64,000 nucleotides of DNA, taken from NCBI GenBank assembly GCA_018436095.1, contig JAHDMJ010000019.1, positions 3,841 through 67,840 on the forward strand. Reading direction: 5' to 3'. Of this stretch, positions 45,082 through 54,403 are shown piece after piece. Made by a program: the position numbers and the translations under genes. Every line of letters begins with the position of its first letter. The first letter of the stretch is position 1. The DNA comes from Clostridia bacterium. Its GTDB lineage: Bacteria > Bacillota > Peptococcia > DRI-13 > UBA5745. The notes beneath the pieces were generated by a model, which was not told the origin of the DNA, searched no databases, and worked only from the letters and a program-made list of their open reading frames with translations.

Positions 45082-46257
45082 TTATTTCTTAACAATTAAT
45101 TCAAAGGGGAATTGGGACATTTTCTCATGGCCTGTTTCGGTAACCCGGAAGCACTGGCTGATGGATACGCCAAAATCGTCAAAATACATACCGGGAATGC
45201 AATGGAAGGTCATATTGGGCTGCAGCACAGTCTTATCTCCCGGCCGCAGGCTGGCCGTATGCTCACCCCAATCGGGCTGATAAGCCAAGCCGGTGGAATA
45301 ACCGATACGGGATTCTTTTTCCACGCCGTATTTGGCAATGGTTTTTCTCCAGGCGCCCTCAACCTCCTCACAGGTTACGCCCGGCTTCACCGTATCAAGG
45401 GCGGCATTGAGGCCCTCTATGGTAATTTGGGCAACCCGTTCAATTTCCGGAGAGGGCTTGCCCAGGCAAGCTGTCCGGGCCATGGGACAATGATAACGTT
45501 TGTAAGCGCCGGCTATCTCAATATACATAGAGGTGTTGTCTGTATAGCGGGATTCATCCCAGGTTAAATGGGGGGCTCCGGCCGTTTCTCCATAAGGCAT
45601 CAGCGGAACAATAGCCGTATAATCGCCGCCGAATTCCTCAGTGCCCTGAATCTGGGCTTGGGTAATGGCCGCTGCCACATCACACTGCCTGACCCCCGCT
45701 TTGAAGGCCTCGGCTCCGGCGGACATGGCCTTGGCGACAATCTTCCCCGCCCGCCGCATCAATTCGATTTCACCGTCGGATTTGATGATTTTAACCCAGT
45801 TGACAATCAAGTCGCCATTGACCAATTTGGCGCCGGGCAGACCTATTCTTAACCGTTCATAGGCCATAGCCGTGAAATAATAAGAATCCATTTCCACGCC
45901 GATAGTTTTATCTCCATAGCCCAGCTCCGCAAGCAGCTTCGCCATATAATCCATAGGATGCTTTACTAAGCTTTGCACATGGTCGTCGCTGTAAGCATGA
46001 ACGTGGTCTTTAGCCAGCCAGGTAGTTTTGACGGCGCCGCAAAAAGCGTCCATGTAGCGGCCGATAAACCGGGGCATCTCATCATCCAGGGCTACGACCA
46101 CCACTTGATGTACATAGAAGGACCAGGCATCATATCCTGTCAGATAGCACATATTTGCCGGATTTGTTACCAATAAGACATCGATACCTTTAGCGCTCAT
46201 GGACTCTTTTACCTTGGCAAGCCTCTGTAAATATTCAGATTTTTCAAAGGGCATCAT
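45082..46257 (-). CDS. M24-family hydrolase with creatinase-type N-domain (Xaa-Pro peptidase/creatinase/ectoine-hydrolase-like)
   Basis: 391 aa. The N-terminal creatinase-like domain is followed by a pita-bread fold. Family call is from memory. Confidence 0.8.
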   Translation of the reverse strand: MMPFEKSEYLQRLAKVKESMSAKGIDVLLVTNPANMCYLTGYDAWSFYVHQVVVVALDDEMPRFIGRYMDAFCGAVKTTWLAKDHVHAYSDDHVQSLVKHPMDYMAKLLAELGYGDKTIGVEMDSYYFTAMAYERLRIGLPGAKLVNGDLIVNWVKIIKSDGEIELMRRAGKIVAKAMSAGAEAFKAGVRQCDVAAAITQAQIQGTEEFGGDYTAIVPLMPYGETAGAPHLTWDESRYTDNTSMYIEIAGAYKRYHCPMARTACLGKPSPEIERVAQITIEGLNAALDTVKPGVTCEEVEGAWRKTIAKYGVEKESRIGYSTGLAYQPDWGEHTASLRPGDKTVLQPNMTFHCIPGMYFDDFGVSISQCFRVTETGHEKMSQFPFELIVKK

Positions 46258-46297
46258 TGTAAATTCTCCTCTCGCTAATCCTTGCTTTTACCACTAC

Positions 46298-47476
46298 TCA
46301 CTTAACTTTTGCTAAATAATCCAGAGCCGTACGCACGTGCATTTCCACACCCAGGCTCAGCATGTCCTCATCGATATTAAAGCGGGGATGGTGGTGGGGA
46401 TATTCCGTCTCTTTTTCCCTGTCGCCTACGCCGACGAAATAAAAGACGCCGGGAGCCTCCCGCTGAAACTCGGCGAAATCTTCGCCGGGCATGCATACAT
46501 AGGGTACGATCCGGTCTCTTCCTACAACCTGTTCCCCAACCTTTTTAACCATGTCCGCCAAAGTTTCGTCATTGATTAAAGGTGGGTTGCTGGGGATAAA
46601 TTTCAGCTCATAATCTGCCCTGTAGGCTTCACAGGTTCTTTGGATAACCCGCTCCAAACGCCGCTTCGGCTGTTCCTCGGAATCGTCGTTGCCGTCATAC
46701 AGATAGCGTATGGAACCTTCGATTTCTACGCTGGCCGGAATGATATTGGGGGCTGTGCCCCCTTGAATCTTGCCGAAAATAATTAACGTAGGCTTTAAAA
46801 CATCAATTTCCCTGGTTTGGATTACCTGAACAGCCTGAATAACGCCGGCTGCCGCCAAAATAGGATCAATAGCCGTCTGGGGCGTGCCGCTATGACCTCC
46901 TTTGCCTTTGATTTTTAATTGAAAGTTTTCATGGGCGGCCATCACCGCACCGCCGGCGATACCCACCTGGCCGCTTTTTAAAGGGGTCCATAGGTGGATG
47001 CCAAAGACAGCCTCAACTTTAGGATTTTCCATAACTCCTTCGTCGATCATGATGCGGGCGCCGGCATCCTCCTCATTGGGCTGGAAGACAAATTTAATGT
47101 TGCCGGCAATATCCCGGCTCATTTCCGATAGAATTTTTGCCGCCACCAATAGCATAGCCATATGGCCGTCATGGCCGCAGGCATGCATTTTGCCCTCATT
47201 CAGCGATTTATAAGGGACATCGTTTTCCTCTCGGACAGGCAGTCCGTCCATATCGGCTCTAAGCATCACGGTAGATCCCGGTAAACCGCCTCTCAGTAAA
47301 GCCACTACGCCGGTTTTGGCCACTGTCTCCACTTCAAGGCCGCAGCCGGCCAGATATTCCCGGACCACCTTATTGGTCCGGAATTCTTCAAAGCCCAATT
47401 CCGGATACTGATGAAAGTCCCGCCTGAGATTGATCAATTCATCCTGGAGCTCTTTGATTCGCTTTTTAATATCCAT
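46298..47476 (-). CDS. M20D-family amidohydrolase (aminoacylase/hippurate-hydrolase type)
   Basis: LINLRRDFHQYPELGFEE, LRADMDGLP, MHACGHDGH motifs. Confidence 0.88.
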   Translation of the reverse strand: MDIKKRIKELQDELINLRRDFHQYPELGFEEFRTNKVVREYLAGCGLEVETVAKTGVVALLRGGLPGSTVMLRADMDGLPVREENDVPYKSLNEGKMHACGHDGHMAMLLVAAKILSEMSRDIAGNIKFVFQPNEEDAGARIMIDEGVMENPKVEAVFGIHLWTPLKSGQVGIAGGAVMAAHENFQLKIKGKGGHSGTPQTAIDPILAAAGVIQAVQVIQTREIDVLKPTLIIFGKIQGGTAPNIIPASVEIEGSIRYLYDGNDDSEEQPKRRLERVIQRTCEAYRADYELKFIPSNPPLINDETLADMVKKVGEQVVGRDRIVPYVCMPGEDFAEFQREAPGVFYFVGVGDREKETEYPHHHPRFNIDEDMLSLGVEMHVRTALDYLAKVK

Positions 47477-47555
47477 TTCTCTCTCCCTCCCAAAGCCTCG
47501 CTTTAAAAGACCTTTGCCTCCTGCCCCGTCTGCCGCCCGCCTTTTAGACTCATCT

Positions 47556-48728
47556 TTAAATTAAGGCCAAGGCTTGCTCCAAGTCCGCAATTAAATCTTC
47601 AGCATCTTCAATACCTACCGACAGCCTTACCTGGCCGTCAAAAATACTGACCGCATGCCGCTCTTCGGCCGTCATATCAAAATGGCTCATGGAAGGCGAA
47701 TGCTGGATGAGGGAATCCACATTGCCCAGGCTGGTAGCCAGGCTGAATACTTTTACATTATTCATAACGGTACGTACGGCGTCCATGCCGCCTTTAACAT
47801 CAACGCTCATCATACCGCCAAAGCCCCGCATCTGCTTTTTGGCCGTAGCATGGCTGGGATGGCTGGGCAAACCCGGATAATATACTTTATCCACTTTGGG
47901 ATGACTCTCCAGATACTGGGCAACCTTTAAAGCATTCTCGCAATGGCGCTCCATCCGCACAGCCAAGGTCTTCATTCCCTGCATGATCTGCCAGGCGGCA
48001 AAAGGATCCAGCACAGCCCCAAAGCACTGCAAATAAGGCATTCTGCACCGGTCGATGCGTTTTTTATCGCCGGCAATAACGCCTGCCGTTACCGTGCCAT
48101 GGCCGCAGAGATATTTTGTGGCGCTGTGCACAACCAAATCCGCTCCTAAATCCAAAGGATTTTGCAGATAAGGGGAGGCGAAGGTGCTGTCTACGATCAT
48201 GGTTATATCCTTATGCTGACGGACAATTTCAGCAATTGCGGCAATATCGCTAACCTTTAGCGTGGGGTTGGAGGGAGTTTCCACATAGACCAGGGTGGTA
48301 TTCGGTTTGATTGCCGCCGCAAGGGCTTCCGGCTTTGTGGTATCCACAATGGTGTATTCCACATTAAATAAAGGCAAGATTTTAGTGAATAAGGCAAAGG
48401 TGCAACCGTAGATCACATCTCCAAAAATAACGTGATCACCGCCTTTAATCACCGACATAATAGCCGTAGAAATTGCGCCTAAACCCGAACTCAGGCCGAG
48501 AGCCGCCTCGGCATGTTCCAGATAGGCAATCTTTTTTTCTAATTCATCTACCGTGGGATTGGCGAATCTGCTGTAGACAAATCCTTTATCAATATTCTGG
48601 TTCAGATAGACGGCATCGTCAAAATTGGGCAATACAAAGGTGGAGGTTTGATAGAGGGGGCTGACATGAGAGCCTGTTACAGGATCATGCATCTGCTCCG
48701 CATGGAGCACTTCCGTATTTATTTTCAT
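47556..48728 (-). CDS. Cys/Met-metabolism PLP enzyme (methionine gamma-lyase/cystathionine gamma-synthase/O-acetylhomoserine sulfhydrylase family)
   Basis: PLYQTSTF, YSRFANPT, and PLP-Lys motif SATKYLCGHG. Start moved to ATG 48728 (MKINTEV). Confidence 0.88.
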   Translation of the reverse strand: MKINTEVLHAEQMHDPVTGSHVSPLYQTSTFVLPNFDDAVYLNQNIDKGFVYSRFANPTVDELEKKIAYLEHAEAALGLSSGLGAISTAIMSVIKGGDHVIFGDVIYGCTFALFTKILPLFNVEYTIVDTTKPEALAAAIKPNTTLVYVETPSNPTLKVSDIAAIAEIVRQHKDITMIVDSTFASPYLQNPLDLGADLVVHSATKYLCGHGTVTAGVIAGDKKRIDRCRMPYLQCFGAVLDPFAAWQIMQGMKTLAVRMERHCENALKVAQYLESHPKVDKVYYPGLPSHPSHATAKKQMRGFGGMMSVDVKGGMDAVRTVMNNVKVFSLATSLGNVDSLIQHSPSMSHFDMTAEERHAVSIFDGQVRLSVGIEDAEDLIADLEQALALI

Positions 48729-48783
48729 GTTCCTTGTCCTTTCCCGGTTATTTTTCCGCAAAGCTTTTTTGGGCTATTATTAA

Positions 48784-48806
48784 GAAAATCAAAGCGCTTG
48801 ATTTTT
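48784..48806. promoter_or_regulatory. Imperfect palindrome GAAAATCAAAGCGCTTGATTTTT in the divergent PucR/operon control region
   Basis: Read directly. It is centred on AGCGCT and the arms are offset by one base. Confidence 0.3.
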
Positions 48807-48923
48807 CACAATTATATGATAAAATAATTTCGCCTTTAGTTCACCTTACATTCTGTAGGAAAAAAACCGGCTTTTTATTTACAATATGACTAGTGCTGTA
48901 TATCGGATTAAAGGGGGATGATC

Positions 48924-50519
48924 ATGTTTACCCTGAAAGATTTTCTGGCCCTTGACTGTATCTACGATCCAAAATTGATGACGGACATTGGCAATACTCA
49001 GGCCATCGCCATCGAATATATCTCTGTTATTGAGATTCCGGTGGATAATTTCATCCGCAAAAAAGAGCTGGTTTTGACCACGGCTTTGGGCTGCTATGAT
49101 AACCAGGACCTTTTCTTAGAGTTTGTCCGGGAAATCTATGAGTCGGAAGCCGCCGCCCTGGTTATTTGTATAAAAAGCAATGATTTTACTTTGCCCCAAA
49201 ATATTCTTGATTTTGCTGAGCAGCACCGTTTTCCTGTCGTCATGATCCCCTGGGAATGCCGCTTTGCCGAAATCATGGAAGAGGTCATTACCCGGCTGAA
49301 AAACGAGAATCTAAAGATGATCCGGCATTATGAGGCCATGCAAAAAGAGCTGCTGCACCATTATCTTAATGCCGCCGGTCTTGCCGAGGCCGGCAGCATT
49401 ATTGCCAAATTTTTAAAATGCTCCGCAGTTATAACGGATAAGGACTACGTTTCAAAAAAACTGCCTGGCCGGGCCGGCCATGGCGGCGACCACGGGGCAA
49501 TAATTGATCCTAAAGATTACTCTCAAAAAATTATTATACAGGGAAACGGCAAGATATATGGTTATCTGCTGCTAAATTTTCCTGACGAACAAGAAAAAAA
49601 CATTACCGAGCTGGAAAGCATCGAAAAATACGTTTTAATGCCTTTACTTTTATGGTTCAACAAAGAAGATATCATCTCCACTACAAAGGAAAGCCTGAAG
49701 AATGATTTTGTCTGGGACCTGGCGGCAGGAAGATTTAGCAACCGGGAGGATATTCAGTTAAAGGGCGCTCTTTTCGGCTTTAATCTCAATGTTCCCTATA
49801 CCTGCATCGTCTCAAGCCTGAGAAATCCCGGTAATGCCGAATACAATATGGCCATCGAGCATTCCGGCACAAAAAAAAGAGAGGCTTTGGAAAGCCTGCT
49901 GCTGAATCTGGCCAAACGAACCGGCAAACAGCTAATGTTTACTATTCGCCGTAATATCATCGTTATCTATTTAGAAAACACCTTGCAAAATCCGGAAAAA
50001 AATATCTTTGCCTTCATTGATGCTCTTGAAGAAAAGCTGCTCACCCTTTTTCCCGGCTATAGCCCTTATTGGGGTACCAGCGAAATCAAGCTGTCGGAAA
50101 CGGATTTCCACGCCTATTACAAAAACGCCAACTTTGCCCTGAATATCTGTATCAACGATGACGCCCTCAGCCGCCGGGGTACTTACGAGGACACCGATAT
50201 TTTTAAAATGCTTACGGTGCTTTCCAATAGCGACCAGGCGAGAAAAATATCCCTGGGCGTATTGCAGCCGCTGATCGAGCATGATAATAACCATAAGCTA
50301 AATCTTATGCATACGTTAAAGGCACACCTCAATAATAACTACAATGTATGTAAAACAGCCAAAGCCCTTCACCTGCACAGGCAATCACTGCTTTACCGGC
50401 TCAGCAAAATCGAAGAGTTAACCGGTATGTCTTTGAATAACCATAATGAACTATTTCTGTTTGAGCTTTGTATCCGGCTATACTTAAGCTATTCCCAAAA
50501 GTTGGCTTTTCATTTATAA
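48924..50519 (+). CDS. PucR-family transcriptional regulator
   Basis: C-terminal PucR-type HTH (NYNVCKTAKALHLHRQSLLYRLSKIEELTG), about 530 aa. ATG 48924 is better spaced from AAGGGGG than 48918. Confidence 0.8.
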   Translation: MFTLKDFLALDCIYDPKLMTDIGNTQAIAIEYISVIEIPVDNFIRKKELVLTTALGCYDNQDLFLEFVREIYESEAAALVICIKSNDFTLPQNILDFAEQHRFPVVMIPWECRFAEIMEEVITRLKNENLKMIRHYEAMQKELLHHYLNAAGLAEAGSIIAKFLKCSAVITDKDYVSKKLPGRAGHGGDHGAIIDPKDYSQKIIIQGNGKIYGYLLLNFPDEQEKNITELESIEKYVLMPLLLWFNKEDIISTTKESLKNDFVWDLAAGRFSNREDIQLKGALFGFNLNVPYTCIVSSLRNPGNAEYNMAIEHSGTKKREALESLLLNLAKRTGKQLMFTIRRNIIVIYLENTLQNPEKNIFAFIDALEEKLLTLFPGYSPYWGTSEIKLSETDFHAYYKNANFALNICINDDALSRRGTYEDTDIFKMLTVLSNSDQARKISLGVLQPLIEHDNNHKLNLMHTLKAHLNNNYNVCKTAKALHLHRQSLLYRLSKIEELTGMSLNNHNELFLFELCIRLYLSYSQKLAFHL

Positions 50520-50526
50520 TAGTTTC

Positions 50527-51291
50527 ATGAGAATAATCATATCGCCGGCCAAAAAAATGAATATGGACACCGATGGCCTTCCCCCGGAGAGCTTGCCCCA
50601 GTTTTTAGCGGATGCCGCCCGGCTTTTGCAGCAGCTCAAAACCATGAGCTATCCGGAGTTAAAAGCCCTTTGGGGCTGCAGCGACTCTTTAGCGGAGCTC
50701 AACCGCAACCGGCTGCTGCAAATGGACTTGCACAGCCATCTTACTCCCGCCATTCTTTCTTATGAGGGCATCCAATACCAATACATGGCCCCCGCCGTCT
50801 TTGAGTATGGCCAATTTGATTACATTAAAGAGCATCTGCGTATTTTGTCGGGATTTTATGGGCTGCTGCGGCCCTTTGACGGCGTAGTTCCCTACCGTTT
50901 GGAGATGCAGGCCAAGCTGGCCCTCGGCAGCAGCCGCAATCTTTATGAGTTTTGGGGAGACAAGCTATGCCGCCAGCTATGCCGGGAAAGTGATTTTATT
51001 TTAAATTTAGCTTCTTACGAGTACAGCAAAATCATTTCCGCCCATTTGCCCAAGGATTTTCTCTTCCTGACCTGCGGCTTTGGCCAGCTGAAGGACGGCA
51101 AGCTCATTGAAAAAGGCACCTTATGCAAAATGGCCCGGGGTGAGATGGTCCGCTTTCTAGCGGAGCATCAGATCACAAAAGCTGAGGATATTAAAACCTT
51201 TAACCGTTTAGGATACACTTATTCCGCAGAGCATTCCAGCGGTCATCATTACGTATTTATTAATACTGCTCCGCGATTAAAATCAGTATAG
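50527..51291 (+). CDS. yaaA: Peroxide-stress protein YaaA (UPF0246/DUF328)
   Basis: MRIIISPAKKMN N-terminus, SYEGIQYQYM, RILSGFYGLLRPFD. Confidence 0.88.
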   Translation: MRIIISPAKKMNMDTDGLPPESLPQFLADAARLLQQLKTMSYPELKALWGCSDSLAELNRNRLLQMDLHSHLTPAILSYEGIQYQYMAPAVFEYGQFDYIKEHLRILSGFYGLLRPFDGVVPYRLEMQAKLALGSSRNLYEFWGDKLCRQLCRESDFILNLASYEYSKIISAHLPKDFLFLTCGFGQLKDGKLIEKGTLCKMARGEMVRFLAEHQITKAEDIKTFNRLGYTYSAEHSSGHHYVFINTAPRLKSV

Positions 51292-51303
51292 GAGGAAACC
51301 AAC

Positions 51304-51765
51304 ATGCTGGCAGCAAAAACGAAAGCCCCTGATTTCACTTTATCCGACAAGGAGGGCAATGCCGTTTCCCTGGCGGACTTCAGAGGCAAAAAAGTTGTCC
51401 TCTATTTCTACCCGAAGGACAATACACCGGGCTGTTCCAAACAGGCCTGCGCCTTTGCCGGCGCCTATGAGGAATTCAAAAAGCGGGATGTGGCGGTAGT
51501 CGGCATCAGTAAAGACAGCATCGCCTCCCATCAAAAATTTGCCGACAAATATAATCTGCCTTTTATCCTGCTTTCAGACCCGGAGCTGATTGCCATCAAA
51601 GCTTACGATGTCTGGCAGGAGAAAAAGCTTTACGGCAAGGTGAGCATGGGAGTGGTCAGGGCCACTTATCTCATCGACGAAGAAGGCAATATTGAGCATG
51701 TAATTCCCAAGGCAAAGCCCGACACCAATGCCGCTGAGATTCTGGAATATTTGCAGTCAATGTAA
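51304..51765 (+). CDS. bcp: Thiol peroxidase/peroxiredoxin Bcp
   Basis: APDFTL, VVLYFYPKDNTPGCSKQAC (peroxidatic Cys), 153 aa. Confidence 0.92.
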   Translation: MLAAKTKAPDFTLSDKEGNAVSLADFRGKKVVLYFYPKDNTPGCSKQACAFAGAYEEFKKRDVAVVGISKDSIASHQKFADKYNLPFILLSDPELIAIKAYDVWQEKKLYGKVSMGVVRATYLIDEEGNIEHVIPKAKPDTNAAEILEYLQSM

Positions 51766-51789
51766 AAAACAAAAACGGAGGATACGGCA

Positions 51790-53388
51790 ATGAAAACTCT
51801 GCGGCCACTAACCCTGGCCTTTTTTCTCCTATGCTTTATTATAAGTCTGTCTGCTTGCGGGGATAAGCCTGCCGGCGGACCGCCGGCTGCCGGTCAAGGC
51901 GCCGCCGGCCAGTCAGGCCAAGGAAATCAAGAGGAGCCGTCTAATCCGGCCAGCAGCGGCGGCCAAGACGCCGGCCCTATTTCCGGTTCAGGCACAGAAC
52001 CTCTGACCTTCGAATGGGGGGCTGCCGTCACCGGCCTTAACTGGCCTCAGCCCCTGCCGGCCTATTATCCCGAATTAGAGGTACAACCGCTGATTTCTGA
52101 AGGGACTATTTATGAATACACCATAAAGGGTCCCCTTAATTTCCTTGATGAAGCCGGGCAGCTAATCCCCATACCGGCGGAGGCCGAGTTTTACAATGTG
52201 CTGGATTCCTGTATCCTTCTGGGCAGAGCCGATGGTTTAAATGCGGTGATGACAAAGGACGGACAGGTTCTTACCGGCTTTCTCTATGATGTGGACTACG
52301 ACGAGGGAGAGGGTATTGCTCCCGTTCCCACGGAATGGGGCGGTTACATTGTGCTGTCTAAGCGCGCCGATCCCGTCGATTGGTCTCAAAAGCTCTACGG
52401 TTTAGTGGACGTCCGCACAGGTGAAGAGGTTTTGCCTTTTGTATTCAGCCATTTAGAAATTTACGAAAGGTTTTGCTTTGCCATCAAAGACGGCGCCGCC
52501 ATGCTGATGGATATCCAAGGCAATAGTTTTTACACCTTTGACAACATAAATGTCTACTGTGCGCCCAGCCGTTACAATATGCAAGGCATGGAAGAAACTC
52601 TGGTAACCACCGATATTCCCGGTATTTATCCCCCCAATGTCCACGTACCGGTTTACGCTTTTTTATATGACGGCCTTACCGTATACCTCCATTCCGGCGA
52701 CCAGCAAGCTCCTGATAAAATAACGGTTCTGGACAGCCACGGCAACCACATCTTAACGGATACCGGGTTCAGCAATTATCACATTCCAGGCAAAAACCTC
52801 TATATCGAAAAAGACGGCGCGATTACCGTTGTTACTTCAAAAGGAGAGAGAGCCGATTTCCCCTATTCTGAGGAAATCCGGCAGGCTGTGGAAAGTTATA
52901 GCCCTGACGCCCTGTATTCCGACCTCAAATACGAAGGAGAGCTGCTAACCCTTCAGCTCCGGGACAGGGATTTGCCTTCCCTATATTTAACTTATAATAA
53001 AGAGGGCGTATTAATGGAAAAAAGGGAAACTGCTTGGGAAGTAATCAATCCCCATTTGCAGTACGCTTATGACCGCCAGGGCTCCCGTTATGCCTTAACC
53101 GGCGAAACAGGCCAGGTAATTAAGGAGTATCCGGTAGACGCTTATGTCAGAGAGCTGGGCCCCTTTATCATCATAGCAGACGGTCATTCCACAGGCATTA
53201 CCTATTCTGTGGAAAACCTACAGGGACAAGTACTGGCGCAGGATATTTTCGTTCCTATACGCCATTATGTGTGGAATTCTTTAATCATCTATACCGGCGA
53301 AAACCACTGTTACCGCCTATACCCCGATGGCACGAAGCTGCCGATTGCCGCCGCTCCCCCTGTAGAGCACCTCTATATTGGCGGCTAA
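51790..53388 (+). CDS. Lipoprotein of unknown function (possibly WG-repeat-like)
   Basis: Lipobox LSACGD, a Gly/Gln/Ala-rich linker, then repeated beta-rich DG..L..F.YD-type segments. Confidence 0.55.
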   Translation: MKTLRPLTLAFFLLCFIISLSACGDKPAGGPPAAGQGAAGQSGQGNQEEPSNPASSGGQDAGPISGSGTEPLTFEWGAAVTGLNWPQPLPAYYPELEVQPLISEGTIYEYTIKGPLNFLDEAGQLIPIPAEAEFYNVLDSCILLGRADGLNAVMTKDGQVLTGFLYDVDYDEGEGIAPVPTEWGGYIVLSKRADPVDWSQKLYGLVDVRTGEEVLPFVFSHLEIYERFCFAIKDGAAMLMDIQGNSFYTFDNINVYCAPSRYNMQGMEETLVTTDIPGIYPPNVHVPVYAFLYDGLTVYLHSGDQQAPDKITVLDSHGNHILTDTGFSNYHIPGKNLYIEKDGAITVVTSKGERADFPYSEEIRQAVESYSPDALYSDLKYEGELLTLQLRDRDLPSLYLTYNKEGVLMEKRETAWEVINPHLQYAYDRQGSRYALTGETGQVIKEYPVDAYVRELGPFIIIADGHSTGITYSVENLQGQVLAQDIFVPIRHYVWNSLIIYTGENHCYRLYPDGTKLPIAAAPPVEHLYIGG

Positions 53389-53444
53389 GTACCGGGATAG
53401 GCTAAGTACGGGAACCGGCTATCGCCGGGCTGACCAGGCTAAGA

Positions 53445-54116
53445 CTATGCCTTGGTTTTTGCCGGCCGGCATTTTCGCAAAAACAGCGCCACGCTTTCTT
53501 CTTCCTGCTTTTTCGTTTTTTCGTTCAGGCCGCCGCGGCCCAGGCGGTCGCACAGGCCCAACAGGGCTACATCGTCAATATCCGCCTGCTCCTTCAAGGC
53601 AGCTAAATCCCCGTAGGGCATATCTTTTACCACATACAAAATATGCATGTGGAAGCGGACCAAAGACCTTACTGCCTCTATAAAACCCGGCGGCAATGCA
53701 AGGCCGCCGGCAGTAAGAACTTCCTTGGCCAGTTTCGCTCCCACTTGGTCATGATCATAGGCCCGGCATTTGCCGCCGGCCCATTCCGTAGTAGCCGGTT
53801 TACCGATATCATGGAGCAAAGCCGCCCACATAAAAGCTTGGGGGTCAGAGCTGCGGCCCTTATGCCGGGCGGCCTGGTCCACCACCAGCAAGGTATGGCG
53901 CCAAACATCGCCTTCAGGATGATGACGGGCGGATTGGGGCGTCCGGCTTAACTCTTCTAATACGGCAAAGGCCGTTTTTTGCAAAACACCCGACCGGTGC
54001 AGACCTTCCAAAAAAACCGAAGGCTTTTCGTCCTCCATAAGATGTTTGTTTATTTCATTAAACAGTCTTTGGTTTTCCCGGTAGTCAGGCCGGCTTTTTT
54101 CTTGAAAGGATTTCAT
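53445..54116 (-). CDS. HD-domain phosphohydrolase
   Basis: HPEGDVWRHTLLVVD and LLHDIGKP motifs. Confidence 0.8.
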   Translation of the reverse strand: MKSFQEKSRPDYRENQRLFNEINKHLMEDEKPSVFLEGLHRSGVLQKTAFAVLEELSRTPQSARHHPEGDVWRHTLLVVDQAARHKGRSSDPQAFMWAALLHDIGKPATTEWAGGKCRAYDHDQVGAKLAKEVLTAGGLALPPGFIEAVRSLVRFHMHILYVVKDMPYGDLAALKEQADIDDVALLGLCDRLGRGGLNEKTKKQEEESVALFLRKCRPAKTKA

Positions 54117-54290
54117 TTTATCCGCTTCTCCTTTAAAAATTCTTTTATCTTAGTAGTCTGCTCCCCCAAGGCTATCTTTATCGGCCAATTTCCGGCAAGG
54201 AGTTGCTTGCGATGGCCTGTCCGCCTTGCCAGATTCTGCAGACTTGTGATGTTCCCTCACCTATGCTAAACTACAAATAGTCTGATTTAA

Positions 54291-54363
54291 AGGAGTTGTT
54301 TCATGCAATCTCTATTCTTGTAATTTAATCTTCCTGCCGGGCCTTTATTAAAGGCTTATTTGG
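54291..54363 (+). promoter_or_regulatory. Candidate 6-codon leader ORF (MQSLFL) plus small hairpin upstream of the MFS gene
   Basis: AGGAG (54291-54295), 7 nt, ATG CAA TCT CTA TTC TTG TAA (54303-54323). Stem GCCTTT-ATT-AAAGGC at 54341-54355, followed by ttatttgg. Confidence 0.3.
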
Positions 54364-54403
54364 TATGTCCGAAGATAAGCTTATAGGAATAGGAGATTTG
54401 CTC

